A stretch of DNA of 63,849 nucleotides, filler included, from Octopus bimaculoides (GCF_001194135.2; 6 parts of 6 records of this genome joined end to end with filler, not necessarily neighbours in it), one strand, 5' to 3'; numbered from the whole stretch's first letter, positions 1 through 11,385 are shown. The notes: generated by a model not told the origin, from the sequence alone. Translations and numbers: made by a program.

Positions 1-57
<57 letters not shown>

Positions 58-261
58 CTGAAATAATAGGTATTTGTTTCGCTCTCCTCCAACATTTATA
101 TATATATATATATCAGTTAGAGACAGTTGCTCTCTATATAGAATACACTTCGAAGTGCTCAAGAGATTTGAACTTCAGCCGGTAGATGAATAAATGTAAT
201 GACAAGCAAGTTAGGCAAGTCTATTTACACAGAATATGAAATACATTTAATAGAAACAATA

Positions 262-690
262 TACGTGTATGAACATAAAATAGTGCGACTCACAGAATAT
301 AAATTATATCAGGAGTTAAATGGGTAGAGCTTTACGAGTCCATCAGCTGTTTCTGGAAGCTTGATGGACCGGAATAACGATAGTTACTTGGATCCATTTT
401 CCGATAAAACCACCACCGTCTTCAGGGGAGTATTTTACATATGAGGTTTTGACAGGGTGGAGTTTAAGTTCCAGCCTGTCAAAACCTCATATGTAAAATT
501 CTCCAATGTAAAATACTCCCCTGAAGACGGTGGTAGTTTTATCGAAAATGGATCCAAGTAGCTATCATTATTCCAGACGACCAAGCTCCCAGAAACAGAT
601 GTTGGACTCGTAAAACTTTACTCATTTAACTCCTGATATCATTTATATTCTGTAAGTCGGACTATCTTGTATCTATACACATATACATTT
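262..690. repeat. Near-perfect, essentially spacerless palindrome (foldback element) centred on TTAA at 464-467
   Basis: Left arm (e.g. 301-460 aaattatatcaggagttaaatggg...gacagggtgg) is the reverse complement of the right arm (471-644) with scattered substitutions. The right arm carries an extra ~16 bp local duplication. Confidence 0.9.
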
Positions 691-1363
691 GATTGTATCA
701 CAGTCAATGTAAAAAGTGGGGAACAGATTAGGTTTATCTGTGGAGAGAAAAGCCTACGGAAAAGACCACAGTCACCTCAGGCAGTTTTTTAAGAGAGAGA
801 GAGAGAGAGATAGCGGCATCTGTATGTATGTGGATATACCTTCTGTCGTTTATCATTTATTTGCTTGTGTTATTAGACTGAAATCTGAAGGGTTTTGGTC
901 GAACGCATCGACACCACAAATTATCTTTTTAAAGTCTGGTACTTAATATATCAGTGAGGTTTGCCGAATAACTAAGCTACAGGAATATGAGGAGACCAAC
1001 ACTGGCTGTCAAGCGACGGTAAACACCGCTGATTTCCACACAACTTTCTTCGTCTTTTGGTGAACCCTGGCCTGTGGAAGTCAGCCAGACTGAACGCAAA
1101 ACGAAGCGAATTCAAAGCGAGCTTCTTACCTGCGTATGTATACACATACACGCGAGCAAGCAAGCAAGCAAGCAAGCAAGCAAGTGTGTGTGTGTGTGTG
1201 TNNNNNNNNNNNNNNNNNNNNNNNNNNNNNNNNNNNNNNNNNNNNNNNNNNNNNNNNNNNNNNNNNNNNNNNNNNNNNNNNNNNNNNNNNNNNNNNNNNN
1301 NNNNNNNNNNNNNNNNNNNNNNNNNNNNNNNNNNNNNNNNNNNNNNNNNNNNNNNNNNNNNNN

Positions 1364-1646
1364 AAGACAGGGGGTCCGCAAGGACAAGACAGGGGGTCCG
1401 CAAGGACAAGACAGGGGGTCCGTAGACAGCAAATACTTTTTATGGGCAATTTGATTTTATATATGTTTTTTAATCGAAATCTTTTAATTGACAATAAACC
1501 TATTTGTTAAATACTGTTAAATAAATAAATGTAAAAATATATGTTATTTTAAGCAAATATTTATGTATAAATTTCATAAGCGTTTACCCTAAGGTAAAGC
1601 CTGAAATATAAAGGGGTCCGCAAGTCAAAAAGTTTGAAAACCCCTG
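1364..1646. mobile_element. Right part of a hAT-like MITE with an internal 22-bp tandem repeat
   Basis: Ends in aaaagtttgaaaacccctg (reverse complement CAGGGGTTTTCAAACTTTT, a hAT-type TIR). aggacaagacagggggtccgca is repeated ~2.5 times next to the gap. Confidence 0.55.
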
Positions 1647-1884
1647 CCTTAGACGTTTTACGCTACTAACTTTCACTCAGATGACATTGATCAATGGAGA
1701 ATTATAGTAGAAGATACTTGGTTACGCCGCCACAGCGGGATCGAACTCGAAACTCAAAATCATGTGAAACGATACGTCTAAACCACCTGCCTACATGGGT
1801 GCATGTGCGCGCGCGTATGGTTCCGTCCGCGCGCGTGCGTGCGTGCGTGCGTGCGTGTGTGTGTGTGTTGAGAATTGCAAACAT

Positions 1885-2175
1885 TTTTACTAAATCCTGT
1901 AACTCGGTAAGCAATTCTTTCATGCTTTTGTAATATTCTTTATGAATAATGTGTCTTTGTGTTTGAGTGAATGACAATTTCAAGGCCGAAAATGGGAAAC
2001 GAAAAGCTGGGAGTGACAGAAACTGACTCACATAACTTTACCTCGTCGCTAAACTCTTGTTATCGATTAGTGAAGAATGGGTTACAGATAGACACGTAAG
2101 TTTATAAACACATTTTTATCTTTCACGAGTAGATATTCTACAGATGCATGGCGTGGCTGTGTGGTATGAAGATTG
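1885..2175 (+). repeat. Copy 1 of a local ~290-bp direct duplication (partner 4598-4895)
   Basis: ttttactaaatcctgtaac...gtggctgtgtggta aligns co-linearly with 4598-4895, with scattered substitutions and including the following SINE head. Confidence 0.9.
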
Positions 2176-2243
2176 CTTCCCAACCACATGGGTCCGGATT
2201 CAGTCCCACTGTGTGAAACCTTGGGTAAGCGTCTTGTACAATG

Positions 2244-2568
2244 CAGTGGTTCCCAAAGTGGGCGGTACTGCCCCCTTGATGGCGGTGGAAAGTTCCAGAG
2301 GGGCGTTGAAGAAAAGCGGGGCGATAATTGGGTAGCGATTCATGTAAAAAGTGGGGTGATAATGGTGGGGGGCGATTCATGTAAAAACAACAAAATAATG
2401 GGTTCATTAGATTAAGTTTTATTTGTGGAATATAGTTGCTTTGAATTTGCCTCAGAAAGAGGTCTATGTTTGTGATGGTTAGAGGTCTATGTTTGTGATG
2501 GTTAGATGGTAAGTTGGCGCTAGTTATGTGGCCTAGGGCGGCAGCCCGAAAAAGTTTGGGGACCATTG
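2244..2568. mobile_element. hAT-like MITE nested in SINE
   Basis: TIRs CAGTGGTTCCCAAA / TTTGGGGACCATTG. A decayed TSD is possible (tacaatg vs tactatag). Confidence 0.7.
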
Positions 2569-2617
2569 TACTATAGAATCGAACCGACCATAGGCGGTAA
2601 CTGAAAGAAGCCCGTCA

Positions 2618-2772
2618 CAGGCGCGGTCCCATGAATTTTTCGAAGGAAAGGTACAAGGTCAGAAGGAAATTCAATTCTAGGAGAAAAGGACTTAATACCA
2701 CTATTTAGAAGGACGCATTTTTTCTCTTGAGGGGAACACGTGCCCCTCAGCACCCCCTTGGGTCCACCCCTG
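2618..2772. mobile_element. Small hAT-like MITE nested in SINE
   Basis: Imperfect TIRs CAGGCGCGGTCCC / GGGTCCACCCCTG. Confidence 0.5.
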
Positions 2773-3149
2773 GGTGGTATGTACGTATGTGTGGGTGTGT
2801 GTGTGAGTGTGCGTATGTGGCTTTGTGTTTCTGTCTCGCATCATTGCTTGATAACCAGTGTTGGCGTGTTTTCGTCCCCGTAACTTAGCGGTTTAGCATA
2901 AGAGCCGATAGAATAAGTACTAGTCCTGGGGGCGATTTGTTCGACTAAAACCTCTCGAGGCTGTGCTCCAGCATGGCCGCAGTCAAATGACTAAATCAAG
3001 TTAATGATAAAGTATAGTCTATGTATTTATAAAACCATATATCTGTGGACCATTGGTGAAGAAAAATTCGATTAAATAGCTGGTGTATATGTATATACAC
3101 ACACACACACACACGTGGAGTGTGTATGTTTGTATATACTGGTTTCAAA

Positions 3150-3352
3150 TTTTAGTACAACGCCAGCAATTTGGTAAGAGGGGGTAAGTCGGTTACATAA
3201 ACCCCTGTGCTCGACTTGCAATTATTTTAACCACGACGAAAGGATAAAAGGCAGAGTCGACCTTGACAGAAGTTGAACTCAGAACATGAAAACTTATGGA
3301 ACGCGATAAGCGCTTTATCCGGCGTGCTAACGATTCAGCCAGTTCGTCGCCC
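3150..3352 (-). mobile_element. tRNA-derived SINE family A
   Basis: Reverse complement of the ggcgagctggcagaatcgttagcacgcc...gagttcaa...gtcgactttgcctttcatcc consensus seen repeatedly in the window. Confidence 0.7.
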
Positions 3353-3759
3353 TTTATGTATGCATGTGTTATGTATGTATATGTGTGTGTGTGCGTGTGC
3401 GTGTGCGCGCGTGTGCGTGTGCGTGTGTGTGTGTGTGTACGCGTGCAAACTAGCTTATAAGCGCCGCGTATGTCGTCATTCTACAGAAAATAATTCCTTT
3501 TTCTGTGCAATACCGATACATGCAGCGCATATTAAGTTCGTTTGCAAAATGTCCTCACATTCCAAAAGTTACTACTTAGCTCTATAAAAAGACGATAGCT
3601 ATTGTCGGTAGTTTCTTAATTCAACCAGAATTCGAGAGGTGCAGGGTTCGGTTCTATGTGGAGGTTGGTCAGCTTCTCCGTTTTCTAAAGGGTATTTTAG
3701 TAGAGTAATTTTTGACCGGTCACCTATATGGCTGTAAGATTGTGAAAGAAAGCATCTTT

Positions 3760-4265
3760 TAACTACCAGTCTTTAAACCTTACGAAGGTCTTGCAGACTT
3801 TTCAGTCCCAGATATAGTTATCCTCCATTGCGTATGATTTGCCTTCTCTCCCCAATGGTCCATAGATATCCACTTTCTCTTCTATTTTTCTAACCACATT
3901 GGGGTCGAAGGCAGCTGAACATATCTTTTCGTTGCAGTTCCACACGACAATATCTGACCGGTTACGTTTTCAACTGGCGGCTGTTTTAATTTCAAAGTTC
4001 AACCAACATATTTTTTACCCTTCGGTCTCAACATGGTCAGCTACGTCTGTCGGTGTTTTGCTTTTTGTTATCCTGTTCCAGATCATTCTGGCCGCCGCAT
4101 CACGACTCATGGGAAGATAAAATCTGGAAGACACTCTTTCGCAGTTGGCAATATTTCGGTTGATGTCTTCAGTCTCGGTTTTGCACGACCGACACTTGTT
4201 GTCTGCCAACGTTTTTGCCTTGTATGCTGTAGATACTTGGTGAAGATTTCTTTTCTTGGATTATT
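3760..4265 (-). mobile_element. Decayed 3' fragment of an RLE-type non-LTR retrotransposon (R4/Dong-like)
   Basis: Minus translation EIFTKYL...DNKCRSCKTETEDINRNIANC..SSRFYLP (zinc knuckle), then KRNRSDIVVWN (RLE PD motif), with stops and frameshifts. Confidence 0.7.
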
Positions 4266-4269
4266 CTAT

Positions 4270-4380
4270 CGGCCACTTTTACCGAACCGCTAAGTTACGA
4301 AGACATGAGGAACCCCCAACACCGGGTGTCAAGTGGTGGGCAGGGGAAAACACAGACACAGATACAAACACACAAATATT

Positions 4381-4426
<46 letters not shown>

Positions 4427-4590
4427 CACACATATACATATATATATACATATATGCATGTATACGAGGGCTTCTTTCAGTTTCCGTCAACCAAATTCAC
4501 TCATGAGGCTTTGGCCGGTCTGAGGCTATTGTAAAAGACACTTGCTCAAGGCGCCACGCAGTGGGAATGAACCCAGAATCATACAGCCAC
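4270..4590 (-). mobile_element. SINE family B
   Basis: Reverse complement of family B head and body with an internal (TA)n tract. Confidence 0.75.
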
Positions 4591-4597
4591 GCGTGTG

Positions 4598-4895
4598 AAT
4601 TTCAAATCTTTTACTAAATCCTGTAACACAGTAAGCAATTCTTTCATGCTTTTGTAATATACGTTAAGAATAATGTGTCTTTGTGTTTGAGTGAATGACA
4701 ATTTCAAGGTCGAAAATGGAAAACAAAAAGCTGGGAGTGACAGAAACTGACTCACATAACTTTACCTCGTCGCTAAAATCTTGTTATCGATTAGTGTAGA
4801 ATGGGGTACAGATAGACACGTGAGTTTATAAACACATTTTTATCTTTCACGAGTAGATATTCAACAGGTGCAGGCGTAGCTGTGTGGTAAGAAGT
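4598..4895 (+). repeat. Copy 2 of the local ~290-bp direct duplication (partner 1885-2175)
   Basis: Co-linear alignment with 1885-2175. Confidence 0.9.
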
Positions 4896-4914
4896 TCGCT
4901 TCCCGCTTCCGTGC

Positions 4915-5035
4915 GGCGTTACCTGTTCGTGACAAGCTGTCAAGGCAAGGAGGTGCCGTCTCGCCTACATACCCGAGATGTGGGCAAGATAGGGAAACCG
5001 TCTTGCACGCATTCGTGGAGTGATTGCAGTCCTTG
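4915..5035 (+). mobile_element. C-terminal fragment of an L1/Tx1-like LINE ORF2
   Basis: LPVRDKLSRQG, then (frameshifted) PTYPRCGQDRETVLHAFVE*: a decayed CCHC knuckle typical of L1/Tx1 ORF2 ends. Confidence 0.5.
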
Positions 5036-5119
5036 ATTGCAGAAAGTTTATTAAATATAACTGGTTTAGAACAAAATAACAGAAAATAGGTTTAAAGCCT
5101 GCAGGACAGCACCTCAATG

Positions 5120-5268
5120 CGAGCGGGTGGTACCCAGTATTTCGATAAAAGAAATTTGTCCATGTGTCTACACCTGCTAAAAATTTCAGCTTTCTAATTA
5201 AGCAGTGTGTTGGGATTACTGGATTTAAGAAGAATATGAGATCTTTCTGCTACGCATAGAGCCTGAAA
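5120..5268 (-). mobile_element. 3' end of a Penelope-like element ORF (after GIY-YIG)
   Basis: FQALCVAERSHILLKSSNPNTLLN*KAEIFSRCRHMDKFLL resembles the LCxxEKxxI...LLNKRSExxSxCRHxxK terminus of C-terminal-EN PLEs. Confidence 0.6.
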
Positions 5269-6439
5269 NNNNNNNNNNNNNNNNNNNNNNNNNNNNNNNN
5301 NNNNNNNNNNNNNNNNNNNNNNNNNNNNNNNNNNNNNNNNNNNNNNNNNNNNNNNNNNNNNNNNNNNNNNNNNNNNNNNNNNNNNNNNNNNNNNNNNNNN
5401 NNNNNNNNNNNNNNNNNNNNNNNNNNNNNNNNNNNNNNNNNNNNNNNNNNNNNNNNNNNNNNNNNNNNNNNNNNNNNNNNNNNNNNNNNNNNNNNNNNNN
5501 NNNNNNNNNNNNNNNCCACAGCAAAACCGTTGTGCTACACTTTGACAAGTTTAATATCTTGTCATCTGAAACAGTTGGAGATACGATAGTTTGACGAAAA
5601 GAACCGGTTATTGCAAGCAAAAATGAATATTGAAAAAAAATACATTTGACCAAATTTGGACATATGATAGTTTAACATAACAGCAACGAGATATAATCTA
5701 AAATTTAACAAAAACACAAAAAAAGGAAAATTCTACAAAAACAAACAGCGAATTCGTAGCTAATTCCTTATCAGTTGACGACCAAGAGCTCATTACAATA
5801 TCGCGGCCTTGGCATTGAAATTGTTTCCTTTTGGTGGCGCCAGTAGGAAAAACCCACTGGGAATAGCTAAAGAACTTGTAGGACTCTGACGAAATGAAAC
5901 ACGACAAAATAAAATATATATTATGAAAACAAAGCCCAGCCCTTAAAGTTACGGGTACAATATTCACCGACGATTTTCCGAACATATTTCAACTAGTAAA
6001 TTTTATTCATATCAATTCGATATCATAGAGAGCGGGTCGATTGTTTTAGACAACACCATCTTATTTTTCTATAAATTCGAATGTAGAACTTTAAAGCAAC
6101 ACTAATCCAACAAATGTCGGACATGTCGAAGTCGTCTATTTAAAATCTTACCTGTAATAAGGTTTTATCTCATGATGATGGTGGTTTATGTTACGATGAT
6201 ATCTTTCACGACTACATTAAATAAAACTCTAGCAAAACAGCCGTCGTAAATTTTAAACGCCATTCGCGTTTATTATGTCATATATGTATGTATGCATATT
6301 ATTATTCGTTTTGTTCATCATGTGCAAGTACGTGTGTATTCATCATTATTTTATCTTATTCAATTTTAGGAAAACGGAGCTTGTTTTTGACAATTCCGTA
6401 AAGTACTGAACTTATTTTGTGTGTGGCTTTTGGGCCATC

Positions 6440-6440
<1 letters not shown>

Positions 6441-6512
<72 letters not shown>

Positions 6513-6522
6513 GAGAGAGATG

Positions 6523-6562
<40 letters not shown>

Positions 6563-6611
6563 TAGATATAGATATATGTATATATATATAGAGAGAAAGA
6601 GAGAGAGAAAG

Positions 6612-6662
<51 letters not shown>

Positions 6663-6885
6663 GGTATTTATGTCTATCCACACATATGTATTCATGTGCG
6701 CATGTGCTAGTGCATATGTTTGAGTGTGTATACATGCGTACGCGCGTAAAATGTGTGTATGTGATAAAAAAATAGTAAGTTTTTAAATACACACATACGA
6801 GTATACGCATTACAAATATAAAATGCACGTATATGGCTCCAGGGACGCATATATTTGCGTGGTTGTGTCCGTGTCCGTGTCCGTG

Positions 6886-6975
<90 letters not shown>
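6441..6975. repeat. Compound microsatellites (TG)n/(GA)n/(TA)n and (GTGTCC)n(GT)n
   Basis: Directly visible. Confidence 0.95.
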
Positions 6976-6979
<4 letters not shown>

Positions 6980-7385
6980 CATGTATTTGTATATGTGGCT
7001 GTGTATGTATGAGTGTGCGTTCGTATTAACAATGGAATGTATACATATAAAGCAATTATGACTTAAGCCGTATCTTTTAAAAACCAGTTTTGCAACTTGT
7101 ACAAAAATTTTAAATAGTTGTGACGTAAGTAGTGGGAAATACCAATATCCGGGTCTTCTGGCTTGTATCCAATAGGAAGTGGAGCCACAAGGAGTCGAGT
7201 CATCAGTGGAAAGTGGACGAAGTGAATGCATAGCGGGAAGTGAATGCATACTCGGAGAAGAAACCGTTGAGTGAAGGAGTTATTGGTCAACTAGTTTTAT
7301 AGTTTGGGGTTCAAAATGTAATGCATGTATTTCGTTTTGTATACTTAGCTAAGTGAAGGCACAGAGTCCAGTGGTGAGAGTAGAG

Positions 7386-7611
7386 GGCGGCGAACTGGCA
7401 GAAACGTTATCACGCCGGGCGAAATGCTTAGCGGTATTTCGCCTGCCACTGCGTTCTGAGTTCAAATTCCGCCGAGGTCGACTTTGCCTTTCATCCTTTC
7501 GGAGTCGATAAATTAAGTACCAGTTACGCACTGGGGTCGATATAATCGACTTAATCCGTTTGTCTGTTCTTGTTTGTCCCCTCTGTGTGTAGCCCCTTGT
7601 GGGCAGTAAAG
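7386..7611 (+). mobile_element. SINE family A, near full length
   Basis: A-box-like TGGCAGAAACG, B-box-like GAGTTCAAATTCC, conserved body gtcgactttgcctttcatcc...aagtaccagtt. Confidence 0.85.
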
Positions 7612-8243
7612 NNNNNNNNNNNNNNNNNNNNNNNNNNNNNNNNNNNNNNNNNNNNNNNNNNNNNNNNNNNNNNNNNNNNNNNNNNNNNNNNNNNNNNNNN
7701 NNNNNNNNNNNNNNNNNNNNNNNNNNNNNNNNNNNNNNNNNNNNNNNNNNNNNNNNNNNNNNNNNNNNNNNNNNNNNNNNNNNNNNNNNNNNNNNNNNNN
7801 NNNNNNNNNNNNNNNNNNNNNNNNNNNNNNNNNNNNNNNNNNNNNNNNNNNNNNNNNNNNNNNNNNNNNNNNNNNNNNNNNNNNNNNNNNNNNNNNNNNN
7901 NNNNNNNNNNNNNNNNNNNNNNNNNNNNNNNNNNNNNNNNNNNNNNNNNNNNNNNNNNNNNNNNNNNNNNNNNNNNNNNNNNNNNNNNNNNNNNNNNNNN
8001 NNNNNNNNNNNNNNNNNNNNNNNNNNNNNNNNNNNNNNNNNNNNNNNNNNNNNNNNNNNNNNNNNNNNNNNNNNNNNNNNNNNNNNNNNNNNNNNNNNNN
8101 NNNNNNNNNNNNNNNNNNNNNNNNNNNNNNNNNNNNNNNNNNNNNNNNNNNNNNNNNNNNNNNNNNNNNNNNNNNNNNNNNNNNNNNNNNNNNNNNNNNN
8201 NNNNNNNNNNNNNNNNNNNNNNNNNNNNNNNNNNNNNNNNNNN

Positions 8244-8297
<54 letters not shown>

Positions 8298-8304
8298 AAG
8301 AACC

Positions 8305-8622
8305 GGCATTCCGTCAGTTACGACAACGATTGTCCCGACTGATTCTATCAACCAAATAGCCTACCCGTGAAATCAACGTGCAAGTGGCTGAGCACTCCAC
8401 AGACACGTGTACCCTTAACGTAGTTCTCAGGGAGATTCAACGTGACACAGAGTGTGACAAAGCCGGCCCTTTGAATTACAGGTACAACTAATTTTTTGCC
8501 AGCTGAATGGACTGGAGCAACGAGAAATACAATGTCTTGCTGAATGACACAACACACTGACGGGAATCGAACTCACGACCTTACGATCGTGAGAAAATGC
8601 TCTAACCACTTAGCCACTCGCC
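8305..8622 (-). mobile_element. tRNA-derived SINE (family C)
   Basis: Minus strand gtggctaagtggttagagc...gtcgtgagttcgattcccg head (A and B boxes), followed by a ttgctccagtccattcagctgg body. Confidence 0.75.
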
Positions 8623-9241
8623 TTCACAGTAGCAAGTATTAAAATTATATGAAAACTTTTGTTCCGGGACTTCAATATCTATAATACATTTTCTAGATTA
8701 CATGATATACTTAACTGACTTTACAAACATATTTATGTAAGCCATAATTTTATCGACGCGTAATTTAAAACCTGTTATTTTATTTCATGCTTCATTTACT
8801 ATCAGTTTTTATGTCCGTGTTTTCACAATAAACATAGCACTACTTTTTTAAACTGGGACAGCTCGACTCTTATGTTGATACGTAGGAAATAAAGAACACC
8901 AACGTGTATAAAGTTGTTATTATAATTTCGACACATCCTTATTTTCTACATATTATTGCCTGATCTTTTTAGTTACTGCAGCATACCTTCAGCCGTCACA
9001 TATTTCTATACAAAGGTTTTGCAGCTGAAACAGTGCAAGCTTTCTCTAAAACATTGGCCATTTCAAGAACTGTATACTTTCATTTGCACAATTTCTATCT
9101 TCGTTCTCACACTAAGAACTAAGAGAAGTGCATAGGCATCATAATGCTGAGTTTTCCCTATGCATCTCTGCACACAGATTTTACTAACAGTTATATGCTT
9201 TACGCATTGTTAATAAAGTTATTATAATGTATATCGAGTGA

Positions 9242-9540
9242 TGGTGCATGTCTCAGTGGTTAGAGCGTTGAGCTCACAATCATGAGGTAATGAGTTCGAT
9301 TCCCGGACCAGGCTGTGTTGTGCTCTTGAGCAACACACTATATTTCACGTTGCTCCATTTCACTCAGCTGTAGAAATGAGTTGCGACGTCACTGGTGCCA
9401 GGATGTATCGGCCATTGTCTTTCCCTTGAATAACATCGGTGACTGCTGACCTTCCACAAACAACTTTGCCCGGACTTGTGCCTCGGAGGAAAACTTTCTA
9501 GGTGCAATCCCATCGTCATTCATGACCAAAGGGGATTGTT
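9242..9540 (+). mobile_element. tRNA-derived SINE (family C-related)
   Basis: tctcagtggttagagcg...gagttcgattcccgg head and a tttcacgttgctcca...cactcagctg body. Confidence 0.75.
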
Positions 9541-9802
9541 ACTCTTTTATCCATTTACTTTAATTACAAATAGGTTTTTTTTTTATGAATAATAGTCCCT
9601 GACCGAGCAGGACGACAGATAATGAGATTATTAGAAAGATATTATAAAATATCTACTGTATCCGTTCATATCACTAAACTCAATTCGAAAGAACAAATGT
9701 GTGATTTTTTAAAAAATAAAACAACTTTTGGCTGATCAGCGTTCATAGACAAAATGACCTTGGAATAGGTTACGTCTTCTAATATATGAATTCATGAGAA
9801 GG

Positions 9803-9995
9803 CAGCGAGGAGACAGAATCGTTAACACACCGAGCAAAATGCTTAGCGACATTTCGTCCCGTTTTGACGTTCTGGGTTCGACTTTTCCTTTCATTTCGGG
9901 GGTCAACAAACTAAAATTACTGCTGAGCACTGGGATCGATGTAATCGACTAACTCCCTGCCCTGAACTTACTGAACTTGTGCCAAAGTTTAAAAG
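9803..9995 (+). mobile_element. SINE family A, diverged
   Basis: cagaatcgttaacacaccgagcaaaatgcttagc...gacttttcctttcat. Confidence 0.65.
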
Positions 9996-10029
9996 CAATA
10001 TATGAAATCACATAAAATTGTCATTTGTT

Positions 10030-10595
10030 CTGTTAACTTTTTGATCTTGGTCGAAGTTTTTCTCATTTGAGAAAAACCAAATCAAATCTTCTGCTGGATT
10101 GTTCAGTTTGTTTAAGAGCCTTTCAGATCTGGTGTCGTGATTTTATTTCGTTTTTTCTGACAAATTGACCGTTCCTCATTATCTTTGACTGTTCCTTCTG
10201 ACACATGAAGATCTGCAATTGACCACATGGACTTTCTGGGATGATTGTAATCAATGATTTGTTGAACTTGGTGGATAAATTCAGATGTTCTGATGATTTC
10301 AGAGTATTTAGAATGCTTTTTATGCTTTGATACTGGTGACACGTTTCGATCTTCAGTCTCTGGCTCCTTATAAACTTTGTAGACGAATGATCTGGCAACT
10401 TTTAAAAATCGAGATATTTCTAAATCGCTATGCTCAGCCGTTATGACAACAATAACAGCATGCTTCTTCCTTTCCTCAGTAAGCTGAGGGTCTGCCATTA
10501 TTATATTCTGGAACAAAGATTACACAGAGTTAGCAAAAAATGCAGCAGTGACCCAAAAAAAGGTATGTCCTCTCAAATACCTTACGCACCCAGTA
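10030..10595 (-). mobile_element. Tc1/mariner-superfamily transposase 5' remnant (HTH region)
   Basis: KHAVIVVITAEHSDLEISRFLKVARSFVYKV...IRTSEFIHQVQQII...KSMWSIADLHVSEGTV resembles a paired-like HTH. The element starts next to (TA)n. Confidence 0.6.
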
Positions 10596-10614
10596 TATAT
10601 ATATATATATAATT

Positions 10615-10768
10615 TTTTTTCTCTCCTTGTTTCTTTCTGTGTTCCTTTCTGTTGAAGAGCGTAGGCTCGAAACGTTAAAGACTTTCTCCTATTCCCGAGC
10701 GTTATACTAATACATCTGTTTGTTGTTTACACGACCTGTCTTCGTCTGTTGTTTTTTAGTGAATTCTC

Positions 10769-10772
<4 letters not shown>
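10615..10772 (+). mobile_element. Short (TA)n-flanked repeat with a hammerhead-ribozyme-like motif (copy 1)
   Basis: CTGTTGAA-GAGC-GTAG-GCTC-GAAAC-GTT-AAAGAC at 10649-10682. Homologous to 53640-53795 (-) and partly to 16080-16137. Confidence 0.55.
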
Positions 10773-10812
<40 letters not shown>

Positions 10813-11146
10813 GACGGGTTTCTTTCAGTTTCCGTCTACCAAATCCACTCGAAATGCCTATATATAAACCAATTCAACATTAGAATGAAAGATTACTCGG
10901 TGTCTGACGAAAGCGAGCAACCCGAAACTTTGTTATTCCTTTCGACCTTTACTTTCTGGGTGTATGTGTATTTATGGGCCTCTGAGTATGATCGTATATT
11001 AGTCTATGTTGTGTACGTTGTATCCCTACATCTCTGTAACTTAGCAGCAGTTCGGAAACCAGTGACAAGATTGAATGTCTACTAGGATCATCATGAACGA
11101 CTAAATTCCTTGAAAGCGATTCCTTCTTATGACTTAAACTAGTAAC

Positions 11147-11187
<41 letters not shown>

Positions 11188-11384
11188 CATTTCTTTTATT
11201 AGCCACACAGGGCTCAACAAAGATGGGACAAATACAATGTAGAGCTTTACTTTTTGGGAGGGGGAAGGAAAAATAGTAGGGGTGTGTCGATCAAAAGGGA
11301 TCGTAGGAAAGAAAAAGGGGGTAGTTGGATCAAAAGGGATCGGGAAAAAAAAGCGATCAATAGGGATCGTGTATCACGGTAGAG

Positions 11385-11385
<1 letters not shown>
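11188..11385 (-). mobile_element. LINE-like 3' UTR inserted in a (GATA)n microsatellite
   Basis: Minus strand ends ...ttgtcccatctttgttgagccctgtgtggctaataaaagaaat, with (GATA)n on both sides. The same 3' end recurs at ~30966-31010 (+). Confidence 0.55.

Larger units (their letters stand above)
2145..3005 (+). mobile_element. tRNA-derived SINE (family B) interrupted by two hAT-like MITEs
   Basis: Head gcgtggctgtgtggta...cccaaccacatg, body cgtaacttagcggtt...gatagaataagtact and tail cagcatggccgcagtcaaatgact match the complete copy at 35706-36112. Confidence 0.75.
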
